Virus record (IMG/VR): IMGVR_UViG_3300034062_003964 | Location: 32,001 to 96,000 of that record | DNA length: 64,000 nucleotides | Reading direction: 5' to 3' (one strand) | Source: a virus | Shown: positions 9,359 to 19,604 of the stretch, piece after piece | How positions within the stretch are numbered: position 1 is the first letter of the stretch | How the letters are laid out: every line of letters begins with the position of its first letter | Translations under genes and position numbers: made by a program | The notes under the pieces: generated by a model | The model's database searches: none | Told to the model about the DNA's origin: nothing | Seen by the model: only the letters and a program-made list of their open reading frames with translations

Positions 9359-10447
9359 ATGGAAGTGAATATTGAATATATTGGAGTTGAACCTACAAAG
9401 GGTGATAAAGTATTAATTGACGATTTTATAACTCAACTAAAAAAAAATTATCCATTAAAGGATGATATTGATATTCTATTTCAAAATAAAAGAACTGGCG
9501 AAATGACAACTGGTTCAAGAACCAACAAAAACAAACTTAAAATTTTAGTTAAAGGTAGATTGAATCGAGATGTTTTAAGAACATTGGCGCATGAATGGTC
9601 ACATGAACACCAAAGAACTATTTTGAAAAGAAAAAAAGGAAAAGATATCGGTGGAAAAAATGAAGATGAAGCAAGTGCACAAGCATCACAAGAAATGAAA
9701 AAGTTTGAGAAAAATAATAAATCAAAAGAAAAATCAATATACAAACCTTTTTCAAAAAAAATTAATGAGATTGAATCTTTGTTGGAGGTTGAGTTTAATT
9801 CCAAAGAAACGTTAATTAGTGAAATAAAAAAAATAAGTATCGATAAACTACCTTACAATTATGATGAGTTAGAAAGATTTATTGACAGTGAAACGATGAA
9901 AACCCACTACAACAAACACTACAAAGGATATGTTGAAAAACTTAATGTTGAATTAGAAAAAGTTAAAGGTAAGGATTTAGACCTTGAGGAAATTATAGAA
10001 AAGATTTCTAAATTTAATAAGGTAGTTAAAAATAATGGTGGTGGTGCGTTTAACCACGCTTTGTTTTGGAAAATGTTATCTCCAAAAAAACAAGAAATAT
10101 CTGGCCCAATACTTTCTAAAATAGAAAAAGATTTTGGTTCATTTGAAAAATTCAAAGAACAATTTAGTGAAGAAGCAAAAACTAAATTTGGTTCAGGATG
10201 GGCTTGGTTAATTTTAACAAAAAATAATAGATTAAAAATTGTTACAACATCCAACCAAGACAATCCCTTAATGAATACCGAAAAAGAAAATGGATACCCA
10301 TTATTAGGTTTAGACTTATGGGAACATGCGTATTACTTAAAATACAAAAATAAAAGAGATGAATACATTTCAAATTTTTGGAAAGTTGTGAATTGGGGGT
10401 TTGTAAATGACCTATACACTACTCAGTTAAAAATTAGAAAATCGTAA
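9359..10447 (+). CDS. sod: Fe/Mn superoxide dismutase with N-terminal HExxH metallopeptidase-like domain
   Basis: SOD ligands HYNKHY, NHALFW, FGSGWAWL, DLWEHAYY; N-term LRTLAHEWSHEHQ. Confidence 0.9.
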   Translation: MEVNIEYIGVEPTKGDKVLIDDFITQLKKNYPLKDDIDILFQNKRTGEMTTGSRTNKNKLKILVKGRLNRDVLRTLAHEWSHEHQRTILKRKKGKDIGGKNEDEASAQASQEMKKFEKNNKSKEKSIYKPFSKKINEIESLLEVEFNSKETLISEIKKISIDKLPYNYDELERFIDSETMKTHYNKHYKGYVEKLNVELEKVKGKDLDLEEIIEKISKFNKVVKNNGGGAFNHALFWKMLSPKKQEISGPILSKIEKDFGSFEKFKEQFSEEAKTKFGSGWAWLILTKNNRLKIVTTSNQDNPLMNTEKENGYPLLGLDLWEHAYYLKYKNKRDEYISNFWKVVNWGFVNDLYTTQLKIRKS

Positions 10448-10484
10448 CATAAATAATTTATAAGATATTTATATTAAAAAATCT

Positions 10485-11606
10485 ATGTCAAACGTTGTAA
10501 TCATAAATGAGCCCGACAGAAGTAAACTTTATAAAAGAATACGAAATCTTTTAGGGGCACCATTACGTTCTGTAGAGTTAGAGGACGAAATGATGGATTC
10601 TTTATTAGAACTTTCAATCGAAGATTATGAACAGCACGTCCAAGATTGGTTAATAGAATCTCAGTGGTCTTCTGTTTATGGATTAAACCTTGATGAACAA
10701 TCAATTACAAGAGCATTATCCACTCGTAGTATGGATTGGGAAACTCAATACACATATGCGTATTCAAAAATCGTGGGTTTACAAGCTGGTGGTGATTGGG
10801 TTTTAAAGAAAGATTATATTGAATTAATTGATAACCAACAAATTTATGAAATACCTGCAGGTAGAGAAATAAATGAACTTCTTTGGTTTGCTCGTTCAGA
10901 ATTAGATGCGGCATACTTTGACCCATTTATGGGTGGATTTGGGGGTATGGGTGGTATTGGTTTAGGTGGTGGTGCTGGGTTTTCACAACTCGGGACTACG
11001 GGTAACTATTTCATTACTCCAGCATTTGATATCTTATTAAGGATGTCAGACATCAGTATTAAAAGAAGAATTATTACAGGTGATTTAACATATAGAATTA
11101 CAGCGTTACCTGAAGGAAAAAAGGCGATTCACTTAATGAATGTTCCTGGAGGTAAATTTGATTTTGGTAATATGAGAAGAAATCGTAATAGAGTTTGGTA
11201 TTGGTATTATGATACGTTTGATAGAGAAGATTGTTTAGCAAAAAATCCAGACGTAGTAAGACTCCCATCTGATGTCCCATTAGATAAAATGAGATGGGAT
11301 AAACTTAATCCACCTGCACAAACGTGGGTTAGGAGATGGTTTACCGCATATTGTAAAGAAACTTTAGGTAGAGTTAGAGGTAAGTTCAGTGGTAATCTTA
11401 AAACACCTGACTCTGAATTAACTATGGATTATACGTCTTTGGCTACAGAAGCGAAAGATGAAAAGGCTATGTTGTGGGAAGAACTTAAAACAAGACTCGA
11501 AAGATTACGTCCGGAAAAAATGATGGAACAAAAGGCTTTACAAGCGGAGAACTTAAACAAATTATTAAAGTTAAGAGCTTTCCAAAGCCCATACACAGTA
11601 ATTTAA
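10485..11606 (+). CDS. Neck/head-tail adaptor protein (gp13-like)
   Basis: LGAPLRSVEL N-term; C-term CKETLGRVRGKF; TATTTATA at 10466. Confidence 0.75.
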   Translation: MSNVVIINEPDRSKLYKRIRNLLGAPLRSVELEDEMMDSLLELSIEDYEQHVQDWLIESQWSSVYGLNLDEQSITRALSTRSMDWETQYTYAYSKIVGLQAGGDWVLKKDYIELIDNQQIYEIPAGREINELLWFARSELDAAYFDPFMGGFGGMGGIGLGGGAGFSQLGTTGNYFITPAFDILLRMSDISIKRRIITGDLTYRITALPEGKKAIHLMNVPGGKFDFGNMRRNRNRVWYWYYDTFDREDCLAKNPDVVRLPSDVPLDKMRWDKLNPPAQTWVRRWFTAYCKETLGRVRGKFSGNLKTPDSELTMDYTSLATEAKDEKAMLWEELKTRLERLRPEKMMEQKALQAENLNKLLKLRAFQSPYTVI

Positions 11607-11611
11607 TTTTT

Positions 11612-11944
11612 ATGTCAGTATTTAGGTCAATTCCATCAAAAAGAATAATTAATGGTCATGAAATTGTGACTTCAGATGTTGCGGTAGTAACTAATAAAAC
11701 TTATTCAACAAACGGAGAATCTGCAATTGTTATAAAAGACGTTGATTCTTGTGAATTATTTTTAGATTCTAAAACAACAGACCATATAGTTATAAAGGCA
11801 CTTACAGTTGTAAACGTTAGTGCCGATTCTTTAATTGATGAAGAATTTGACGTTATTGAGTTAGATAAAGGTGCTTGTGTTGAATACAGAAAAATAGGTG
11901 ACTTTTGGTATATTCTTTCATCTGACGGATTGAAGGACTCTTAG
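11612..11944 (+). CDS. Hypothetical protein, likely structural
   Basis: 110-aa ORF co-transcribed with the neck gene. Confidence 0.55.
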   Translation: MSVFRSIPSKRIINGHEIVTSDVAVVTNKTYSTNGESAIVIKDVDSCELFLDSKTTDHIVIKALTVVNVSADSLIDEEFDVIELDKGACVEYRKIGDFWYILSSDGLKDS

Positions 11945-14769
11945 TCGAAACTAAGAGCCATTAAATCACCATCAACATCAAATTCATAATACTCATCAGC
12001 GTCTACTTTCTTTTGTTGTTGAACATATTTCTCCATTAAAACTCTGTTATTTTCAACCCATTTGGTATCTACTAAATCTACCGTTCCATCCAAATACATA
12101 TAGTAAGGGTCAATGCCCACATTCTTCCAAAACGTTAATTCTGTATCAGATAACGTTAATACTTCTTCTAATGTGTCTTGGTGAACCTCTTTCATAGGAT
12201 ACCCACGTACTAATTCAGTTTGAGTCTTAGTGAAGATAGGTCTATCTTTTGGGTCTTCGATTAAAATGTCTTTTCTGATTTCAGGTCTATAAACAACAAG
12301 TAATGGTTCGATTCTTTTGTTAAATGCTGCAATATATCTTGGAACATTATACTCACCCAATAAGTCTGGATTCATTTCAATATCACGTTCGTCAATCATA
12401 TAACAATTTAAAACTAATTCATCTTTTTTCTTTTGAACGTCACCATGTGATTTTTTTTCACCATTATTAACATAAAAGATTGTGTCACCAAGACCGGGAT
12501 TTTTACCTTCTTTAATTAAAAGTTCCATATGTGCTTGACGGGACATCATATTACCAGCTATTGTGGTTTTAGTAATGTGAACTTTGTAGTCATCTATTGA
12601 TTGTTTAACACGAGCTTTGTTTGCGATTTTAGCCAAAGGGATTTGTCGGTTATAAAGTTTGTCAACATACTCATAGTAGAAATCCAAGAACTCACCACCC
12701 TTACCATCTAATAACATTCGAAGTCCTTTATCCAAAAATTCAGCAACATAGGTTTGAAGTTTTTTAGATTTAATACTATTACCTGTTAGTTTTACTTTAC
12801 CCTTATCTGTAAGAAGAGCATAGTTTTTACGAGCCACATTAATTGTTGAAGGCCAAACCCCATCAATATCTAATCCCATTTCACCTCTTAAAAATAAATC
12901 ATTATATTCGGCAACATCCGCTTCTGCTCCAATATATTCCTTACCTTCTTTAACCAATCCATTCAATCCCTTTCCAATATACTTATATTCTTCTCTATCT
13001 TCTGGGGTTTCAAAGTTTACACCATCCGTGTCCATTACAAGTGGAACATAACCTCTTTTCATAAAGAACATAATCATCTGTCTTAAATATTGTCTACCCG
13101 TACAAGTAATCTGTTCACCCATATCGATATCACCCCATGGAAATACTTGTGGAGCTGATAATGAACCAAAGAATGCGTTGATAAAGATTTTAATTGGTAA
13201 TTGTTTACGGTCATAAGAAATTGCAAGTTTAGGGTCAATAGACTTATATTCACTTGCTAAGTTCTTATATTTAATACGAGTATCACGGAAATACTTTAAC
13301 ATACTTTTCATCGCTCCTGTTACGTCACATTTAGGGAATACGTCGTGAACCAACTGAATAGATGGGTATAGTGAAGAGTAGTCAAGTTTCAATACGTTCT
13401 TAGAGAACCCAACCTGAACCAAACGAGAAAGTCCTCCTGTAAACTTTCTTTTTTCTAATTTTCTTGGTAATGCCAAGTTATGTTTATATGACCATGAGGA
13501 CATAATCATTTTCCATAATGTTGCGGTCCCCATAGTTGAAAGTCTCTCATACGTTGTTGGTACAAGTTTAGACAACAAGAAGTTTGCTTGATTAAACTGC
13601 TCATCAACTATCATCGTTTCATAAAGGTCATCGTCCAAGTAGTCCTCAATAATTTTTGAACCCGTAACTAGTTTATAAACATCATCTCTTCTTTTACAGA
13701 CCTCATCTATTTTTGAATCAAACCCAACTTTTTTGTAAGCTCCGTTTTCTTTGTTCATCCAATATTCAAGATTATCAAAATAGATTTTACCAATCTTATC
13801 CCCTTCAACATAAACGCGATTTGGTTTTTCCGCTTCAATAAATTTGGTAATATACTTCAAAGACCAACTCTTAATGTCTGAGTTAATCGCTTGTGCTCTA
13901 CGAACTGCGTGAGCAATATCCACAATGTTATACCCCCACATCTGAGTCTGAACGTATGGTTCCATTTCGTTTGCTAACTTTAGGATACCATCTTTTTGTT
14001 TCAATGTGTAATCAGGATGTAAGGTCTTTGATATTTTTTTAATGTTTAAATTTAATATTTCCGCTCTTTTCAAAATAAACGGGAAGTCAAAGAATGCTGA
14101 GTTGTAACCCCCAATCAAAGATGGTTTTAACTCATCAATAGTCTTAAAGAAGTCGACAATCATTTGTCTTTCTTCATCTTCATTTTGTGCTGATAATAAT
14201 TTTAGAAAACCACGATTGTCTTTCATCCCTATCAAGAATATCTTACTTGTTTTGGGGTCAAGACCTGTGGTCTCGATATCGAATACAAACCTGTGGATTT
14301 CATCATACTCATCAAAACCTTTGAAAAGTCTTTTACTTTTTTGAATTAAGTATTGCTCAACTGGCGATAATATCTGAATTGAGTCTGTGTTGTCTCTACC
14401 CCACGGGTCTAAACCACCCCCCTTAAAAAAGTTTACAAGATTGGAATACGATTTTGTTGTTTTAACCAAATACTTCAATCCGTTCTCTAAACGTTCATCA
14501 CCGTGAGTATCAAGCCTTTCTATGATAATACCATTTTCACTCATCGCACGTTTTTGTGCGTGTTTATCGTTCTTGTAAAAGTTTTTACCTTTCAAGTCAC
14601 CAACCCAAGCAAATGGAATAAATGTGTCGGGACGTAACATTTTACCCTTAATAGGGTCTTGTATTACTTTATAAATCTTTGAGGATTTGTAATCGTATTC
14701 GAGTGATACGATATATTTTTCGTCGTCTTCGCCTAATAGGAAGCGTTCAATTTCTTCTTGTGGAACCAT
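11941..14769 (-). CDS. DNA polymerase family B
   Basis: ExoI FDIETTG, ExoII GYNSAFFD, region II LDYSSLYPS, region III KIFINAFFG, region I MDTDG, KNYA. Confidence 0.95.
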   Translation of the reverse strand: MVPQEEIERFLLGEDDEKYIVSLEYDYKSSKIYKVIQDPIKGKMLRPDTFIPFAWVGDLKGKNFYKNDKHAQKRAMSENGIIIERLDTHGDERLENGLKYLVKTTKSYSNLVNFFKGGGLDPWGRDNTDSIQILSPVEQYLIQKSKRLFKGFDEYDEIHRFVFDIETTGLDPKTSKIFLIGMKDNRGFLKLLSAQNEDEERQMIVDFFKTIDELKPSLIGGYNSAFFDFPFILKRAEILNLNIKKISKTLHPDYTLKQKDGILKLANEMEPYVQTQMWGYNIVDIAHAVRRAQAINSDIKSWSLKYITKFIEAEKPNRVYVEGDKIGKIYFDNLEYWMNKENGAYKKVGFDSKIDEVCKRRDDVYKLVTGSKIIEDYLDDDLYETMIVDEQFNQANFLLSKLVPTTYERLSTMGTATLWKMIMSSWSYKHNLALPRKLEKRKFTGGLSRLVQVGFSKNVLKLDYSSLYPSIQLVHDVFPKCDVTGAMKSMLKYFRDTRIKYKNLASEYKSIDPKLAISYDRKQLPIKIFINAFFGSLSAPQVFPWGDIDMGEQITCTGRQYLRQMIMFFMKRGYVPLVMDTDGVNFETPEDREEYKYIGKGLNGLVKEGKEYIGAEADVAEYNDLFLRGEMGLDIDGVWPSTINVARKNYALLTDKGKVKLTGNSIKSKKLQTYVAEFLDKGLRMLLDGKGGEFLDFYYEYVDKLYNRQIPLAKIANKARVKQSIDDYKVHITKTTIAGNMMSRQAHMELLIKEGKNPGLGDTIFYVNNGEKKSHGDVQKKKDELVLNCYMIDERDIEMNPDLLGEYNVPRYIAAFNKRIEPLLVVYRPEIRKDILIEDPKDRPIFTKTQTELVRGYPMKEVHQDTLEEVLTLSDTELTFWKNVGIDPYYMYLDGTVDLVDTKWVENNRVLMEKYVQQQKKVDADEYYEFDVDGDLMALSFD

Positions 14770-14789
14770 ATTTTATATTTTTTAGTTTT

Positions 14790-14825
14790 GGGTTATTGTT
14801 CTCACGAACTAAGTCGTGGTTTCCC
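14790..14825 (-). promoter_or_regulatory. RNA hairpin in the polB 5' leader (candidate translational operator)
   Basis: CACGA-CTTAGT-TCGTG stem-loop ~35-50 nt upstream of the ATG in an otherwise AT-rich leader. Confidence 0.4.
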
Positions 14826-14860
14826 TTTTTCAATAAATATAAAAATGAGTTGTGTTAATG

Positions 14861-15214
14861 TCAAATAATATTGATGTAAAGATTTTCTCTAATCGGTGAA
14901 ATTAATTCTCCACTTTCTAATACAACTAAAAACTGACCTAAAAATCTACCTTTCTTGTTTGTGTCTTTTGCTCCCCACTTATAGTAAATGTAGTATTCCC
15001 ATGGTGCGTCAGGATTTCTTTTATCTTTTGCAACAATATATGCTTGTTTCATACTAACTTTTGGAATTCCATTATCTTCATTAATCATAGAAAATCTTAA
15101 AGTCGCATTATCCATTATTGAGTAAAATTCTTCACCCGCATTAGTTCTACCGTCAAAAACTACATCCATTTTGACTATCGGTAAAGTTGTATTTTGTTTT
15201 ATAAAAAATTCCAT
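14861..15214 (-). CDS. BppU N-terminal-like Ig-fold structural protein
   Basis: MEFFIKQNTTLP...YYKWGAKDTNKKGRFLGQF; start moved to ATG 15214. Confidence 0.55.
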   Translation of the reverse strand: MEFFIKQNTTLPIVKMDVVFDGRTNAGEEFYSIMDNATLRFSMINEDNGIPKVSMKQAYIVAKDKRNPDAPWEYYIYYKWGAKDTNKKGRFLGQFLVVLESGELISPIRENLYINII

Positions 15215-15224
15215 TTTTTTAATT

Positions 15225-17666
15225 TTAACATGATGTACATCCTGAGTAAGTACCAGAACCAAAGTTGTTTATTAAATTTAATGTGTTACTTCCATTCCAA
15301 GTTAAAGTTGGTGTTGATGGGGTATTAAAGTATGTTCCTGTAATTGTCCAACAATTACCTAATGTGTCTCTAACCGCATAAGTATACCAAGTCGAAAACG
15401 CACCTGAAGTAACAGGTTGATAAGATAATGGTAATAACATAGATTGTGTTGGTTGACTTGGGTTACTACAACTTGCTAACGCCGCTAAAAATTGACCTGT
15501 CGGTGTTGGTGTAGGAGTCGGTGTTGGTGTTGGTGTAGGAGTCGGTGTAGGAGTTGGCGTCGGAGTTGCGGTAGGTGTTGGAGTTGGCGTCGGAGTTGGT
15601 GGTGTAGGTATTAAACAATTTGGGCACCAAAAATCAAAAAGATTAAATCTATCTTTTAAAATTCTAAAATTATGTTGAACCTGTGAACTATTAAACGCTT
15701 CGGTATACATTCTAAATTGTGATAATCCACCCATAAAGGTTCCACCAAAATTCTGTTCCATTAAAATTTGTGTTGTTAAACCACTATATGTTGTTGCTGA
15801 AAGTATTTCATTTGGAAATAACTCAGGGTCTTGACCGTATGGTCCTTCTAATGGTACGTAGTTTCCGGTATAAGTTAACGTACTAGCGGTTGATGCTGAT
15901 GTAAAATACGGTGTTGTATCAAATTTAGTATAAATTGTTCCTGATTGTCCTGTCAACCCTGTGAGAGTTATAACGTTTCCACTACAAGCGGTATAAATTA
16001 AATCGGTATCAATATTACCAACAGACCAATCCCAAGTGGAACACTCTTTGAATATTAAGTGGTCGTGAAGACCTTGAGAACCACCACCCCACGATATGTT
16101 AAATGGCACACCAAGTTGTTTTTCTTTTTCACAATTCAATTCTCTTGGTATAATCTCCTCAAAGTTTTCAATCACCATGAAGTAGTAACCATTTATATAA
16201 ATTTTCAATCTACCGAGTCTATACCAAGCATCGTCAAACCATTTTCTATCAAACACCACACGATAAACCTTATCTTCTTTAGTTCCTCCCGAATGTGTTT
16301 CAGGTGGCATTATTAGATTGTATGAGGTGTTATTTAATATTGATTGGTATGTGACTTGTCTAATGTCATTTAATCCACCTAAATTTAGTAAATCACATTC
16401 TTCTATCGTTGTGTACCTTTCAAATACTGCGGTAACCATCACCCATCTATCCTCTGTAATCGCAGAACATATGTAATCACATACGTCGTATATCGGAGGA
16501 CTACAAACTTCAGTTATAGTATAACCTGTTTGAAATGTTAATCCTGTCGTCGAACAACTTCCTGTTGTGACACAATCTCCGGTAATAACAATTGTTTTAA
16601 CACATAATCTTGGGTCCGCAGCACACCCACTAAACCTTATTGATAATGCATTTGATAACACATCAAACTTGGGGTCCAAAGGTGGTATTGGTAATTGTTC
16701 TGTACAAGCTCCACAACCACAACCAATATTGTGATATGCCGTTGTTGCGCTTGACGGATAAAGACTTACACAATTTGCATTCGTATATCCAGTTTCATTA
16801 CACGTACAACTACTTAAACTTGTTAATCCTGACGTTACTCTGGTATACCCACTATTACTTTCAGGATGACCATCGGCAAAATGATAATATTTGTTTTCAG
16901 CTCTTGTTCCAAAATAAAAGAAAGTTCCAGCATTTTTTGGATAACGAGTGTTTAAATATTCTTCAGTTGAAGCACTAATTGAAAATTCATCGGTTATTCT
17001 TGGTTTGATAACCGTCTCCATAGTCCAACCCTTGTTTAATCTTTCAGGAAAAACCTCGTAATCATAACCAAATAATTTATAAAATCCTTGATAAAATCCA
17101 CCATATAGTTCTTGGTAATACCCTATTGTTGGTTGGTTTTTAGAAACTATATTATATATCGCATTTTTTGGTCTACCTGAAAACACAGTATTAGGTGGTG
17201 TCGTATAACCTGTCACCATGTGTAATTTCATCCTTCTATCATAATAATGTGGGTGAAATTTATAATCGTCTCTCACACCCATTGTATAGTATAATGTTTC
17301 ACCAGTCAATCCCGTATATAAACCATTATCCGTCGCTGTTAACCCAATATCACAAGTTCCCGTAAATGCCGATAAACAAGATAAATCTAAATTATTTGGA
17401 TTGTAATAATTTTTTGACACAAGTGTTGCCCCCGTGTAAAAAACATCGAAAGACATAGAAAGTTGCGGACAGGAGTTAGTATCGTTTAAATCTAAACGTA
17501 TTGGTAATCTTGTTCCGTCATTTGCTGCAATAATGTCCGTTGAAAAGACCACTTCCTCATCATAATCCCTTTCATCCGCAACCAATGTTAAATCAAAATA
17601 TTGTCCCGTATTTAATAAACTTCTGTATTTAGGATAATAATATGTATTTAAATTTTGAGTTGGCAT
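15225..17666 (-). CDS. Virion surface protein with LamG/concanavalin-like domain, Cys-rich segments and Pro-Thr linker
   Basis: WTMETVIK, LKIYING, FMGGLSQFRMYTEAF (LamG-like); long PT repeat; late motif at 17677. Confidence 0.65.
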   Translation of the reverse strand: MPTQNLNTYYYPKYRSLLNTGQYFDLTLVADERDYDEEVVFSTDIIAANDGTRLPIRLDLNDTNSCPQLSMSFDVFYTGATLVSKNYYNPNNLDLSCLSAFTGTCDIGLTATDNGLYTGLTGETLYYTMGVRDDYKFHPHYYDRRMKLHMVTGYTTPPNTVFSGRPKNAIYNIVSKNQPTIGYYQELYGGFYQGFYKLFGYDYEVFPERLNKGWTMETVIKPRITDEFSISASTEEYLNTRYPKNAGTFFYFGTRAENKYYHFADGHPESNSGYTRVTSGLTSLSSCTCNETGYTNANCVSLYPSSATTAYHNIGCGCGACTEQLPIPPLDPKFDVLSNALSIRFSGCAADPRLCVKTIVITGDCVTTGSCSTTGLTFQTGYTITEVCSPPIYDVCDYICSAITEDRWVMVTAVFERYTTIEECDLLNLGGLNDIRQVTYQSILNNTSYNLIMPPETHSGGTKEDKVYRVVFDRKWFDDAWYRLGRLKIYINGYYFMVIENFEEIIPRELNCEKEKQLGVPFNISWGGGSQGLHDHLIFKECSTWDWSVGNIDTDLIYTACSGNVITLTGLTGQSGTIYTKFDTTPYFTSASTASTLTYTGNYVPLEGPYGQDPELFPNEILSATTYSGLTTQILMEQNFGGTFMGGLSQFRMYTEAFNSSQVQHNFRILKDRFNLFDFWCPNCLIPTPPTPTPTPTPTATPTPTPTPTPTPTPTPTPTPTPTGQFLAALASCSNPSQPTQSMLLPLSYQPVTSGAFSTWYTYAVRDTLGNCWTITGTYFNTPSTPTLTWNGSNTLNLINNFGSGTYSGCTSC
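15499..15607 (-). repeat. Pro-Thr codon repeat (PTPTPT...)
   Basis: Degenerate 6-nt repeat encoding ~18 PT units. Confidence 0.9.
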
Positions 17667-17676
17667 ACTTTTTTAT

Positions 17677-17704
17677 GATAAATACTTTGTTTGGAGTATT
17701 TATA
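17677..17704. promoter_or_regulatory. Divergent pair of late promoters (TATTTATC on -, TATTTATA on +)
   Basis: GATAAATA at 17677-17684 and TATTTATA at 17697-17704 between divergent genes. Confidence 0.7.
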
Positions 17705-17717
17705 GGTAAAAAGCTCA

Positions 17718-18458
17718 ATGAAGACATATAAATACTCTACAGAAGAAAGGGCGGAAAGAGTTGCTAAAACTTTGGGATGTGTTGGCTCTCACTATCACAA
17801 CGAAGATGGTGAAAGAAAATACATGCCTTGCAAGTCCCACGAAATATTTTTAAAAAAATTAAAATCTTCTGAAGATGAACCTACAGAACAGGAAGTCACT
17901 GAGCTTGTTGATGACGACGGAACGTGGTTATCATCTGATATTCCTATTCTTTCACCGGCAAGTGCTGGTATCGGAACTAAAACTACTGACCAAATTATAC
18001 CTGCAGCAAGAAACCCAAGAGACCCATTGTTAAGAGGTTGGTATGGGTACTATGGTGAAGGATATGTTAAAGAAACTGACATGTCTAAAGCTTTTGGTTA
18101 TAAGGACACTATGAATATGGATGCCGAAGAAACCTTGGATTATTTCAAAGATGAATTAGAAATGGATGATGAGTCGGCAGAAAAAAGAGTTGAAGATGAA
18201 TTTGGTAAAAGTCCTGAAAGAGATAAAAAATCACCGTACAAAAATGAAAAAGGATTTGTAGGAAGACCTATCTTAAAAGAAAAGGAAATTGGTGAGGATG
18301 TTATCATGGATAAAAATAAAGATGACGATACCGAAAAAAGAAGAATAAAAGATTTAATCAATCCATTATTAGTAAGAAACATTAAATCAATTAAAAAATT
18401 GGCTAAAGAACACGGTATTTCCGTAAAAGAATTAATTCAAATTATTAAAGATGAATAG
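17718..18458 (+). CDS. Hypothetical protein with N-terminal DUF3721-like Cys/His motif
   Basis: AERVAKTLGCVGSHYH...YMPCKSH resembles the DUF3721 A..LGC.G.H...MPC..H pattern. Confidence 0.55.
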   Translation: MKTYKYSTEERAERVAKTLGCVGSHYHNEDGERKYMPCKSHEIFLKKLKSSEDEPTEQEVTELVDDDGTWLSSDIPILSPASAGIGTKTTDQIIPAARNPRDPLLRGWYGYYGEGYVKETDMSKAFGYKDTMNMDAEETLDYFKDELEMDDESAEKRVEDEFGKSPERDKKSPYKNEKGFVGRPILKEKEIGEDVIMDKNKDDDTEKRRIKDLINPLLVRNIKSIKKLAKEHGISVKELIQIIKDE

Positions 18459-18915
18459 TAACTTATATAATAGAATTGCAATAATACCAGACTCATTGGT
18501 AAAACACCTTAATGATTGTTTTAATTCAGTCGAAGGGAATCAAAATGTGGAAGGGTATAATAGAAACCAACAATTAAGAAAAGGTAAACAAGCAACATAC
18601 CAACAAATAAAAAGAATTAAAAGTTGGTTTGAAAGTTATAGTGGTAATAAAGAAGACGCACCTTTTATTTTAAACGGTGGTGATAGAATGAAGGGTTGGT
18701 GTGATGAGGTTTTAAGAGTTTGGAGAGACAACGATAGTAGTGGTAAAAAAATAAAGATGGATGCAGGGATGCAAAACCAATTTATTGATAATCACACAAA
18801 AGACCAACTTATTAAAAATCCTTTAGATAGTCACTCAAAAACAAATAGTGACATTGATGTAAGGGTGGAACAAGAAATAAAATTAATGAATAAACTATAT
18901 CAAAAAATATTATAA
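18451..18915 (+). CDS. Hypothetical protein
   Basis: 154-aa ORF, overlapping operon organisation. Confidence 0.6.
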   Translation: MNSNLYNRIAIIPDSLVKHLNDCFNSVEGNQNVEGYNRNQQLRKGKQATYQQIKRIKSWFESYSGNKEDAPFILNGGDRMKGWCDEVLRVWRDNDSSGKKIKMDAGMQNQFIDNHTKDQLIKNPLDSHSKTNSDIDVRVEQEIKLMNKLYQKIL

Positions 18916-19208
18916 TGGCAGTCCAATCAGATAAAATGGATTTTTCGCAACCTGATAATCAATTAAGTAAGATTGCGGAAGAACAAAGAAAAAAGTTATT
19001 TCCAAGAAATGATTTTAATCCTGCAGACCAATATTCAACAGTTCACCCCGATGCTATCGCAAATGGTGATAAAATTGGTAGAGGTACAGGTGGTGAGTTA
19101 GATGTTTATAACCAAGCCGCGGGAACTTCTACAGATATTGCAGAAAGAAAAGACGATTTAAAAATAAATAAATTTTCACCAAATAACCCATATTACTCGG
19201 TATCGTGA
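18915..19208 (+). CDS. Hypothetical protein
   Basis: 97-aa ORF with TAATG coupling. Confidence 0.6.
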   Translation: MAVQSDKMDFSQPDNQLSKIAEEQRKKLFPRNDFNPADQYSTVHPDAIANGDKIGRGTGGELDVYNQAAGTSTDIAERKDDLKINKFSPNNPYYSVS

Positions 19209-19603
19209 AGTTATTAAATAACCTTTCTCAACTTATACTTGAAGCCGCTAATCTAGATGTGGTTCAGGATAGTATTAGAAATAAAAAAGTAATTACAATT
19301 AACTACGATGGTGATGAGTATGGTAAAGGTTATCGTGATATCGAACCTGTTTGTGTTGGGTATTCTAAAAAAGGTGAGTTAGTATTACGAGCTTGGGAAA
19401 TACAGGGGTCTTCACATTCAAAGGTTACAAGAGATAACCCAATTCCTGGTTGGAGGTTTTTTAAATTAGTAAAGATATTGACTTATCAACCGCAAGGTGA
19501 TACGTTTTATGAAATGAGACCTAATTACAACCCTAATGGTGATAAACTAATGTCGAGTGTGATATTAAACGCAGTATTCGACAACACAGAAAATATAGCA
19601 TAA
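19205..19603 (+). CDS. Stand-alone WYL-domain protein
   Basis: ITINY..., RDIEPVCVG, VLRAW, GWRFFKLVKI match the WYL (R.IEP ... R.FRLDRI) pattern. Confidence 0.75.
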   Translation: MKLLNNLSQLILEAANLDVVQDSIRNKKVITINYDGDEYGKGYRDIEPVCVGYSKKGELVLRAWEIQGSSHSKVTRDNPIPGWRFFKLVKILTYQPQGDTFYEMRPNYNPNGDKLMSSVILNAVFDNTENIA

Positions 19604-19604
19604 C

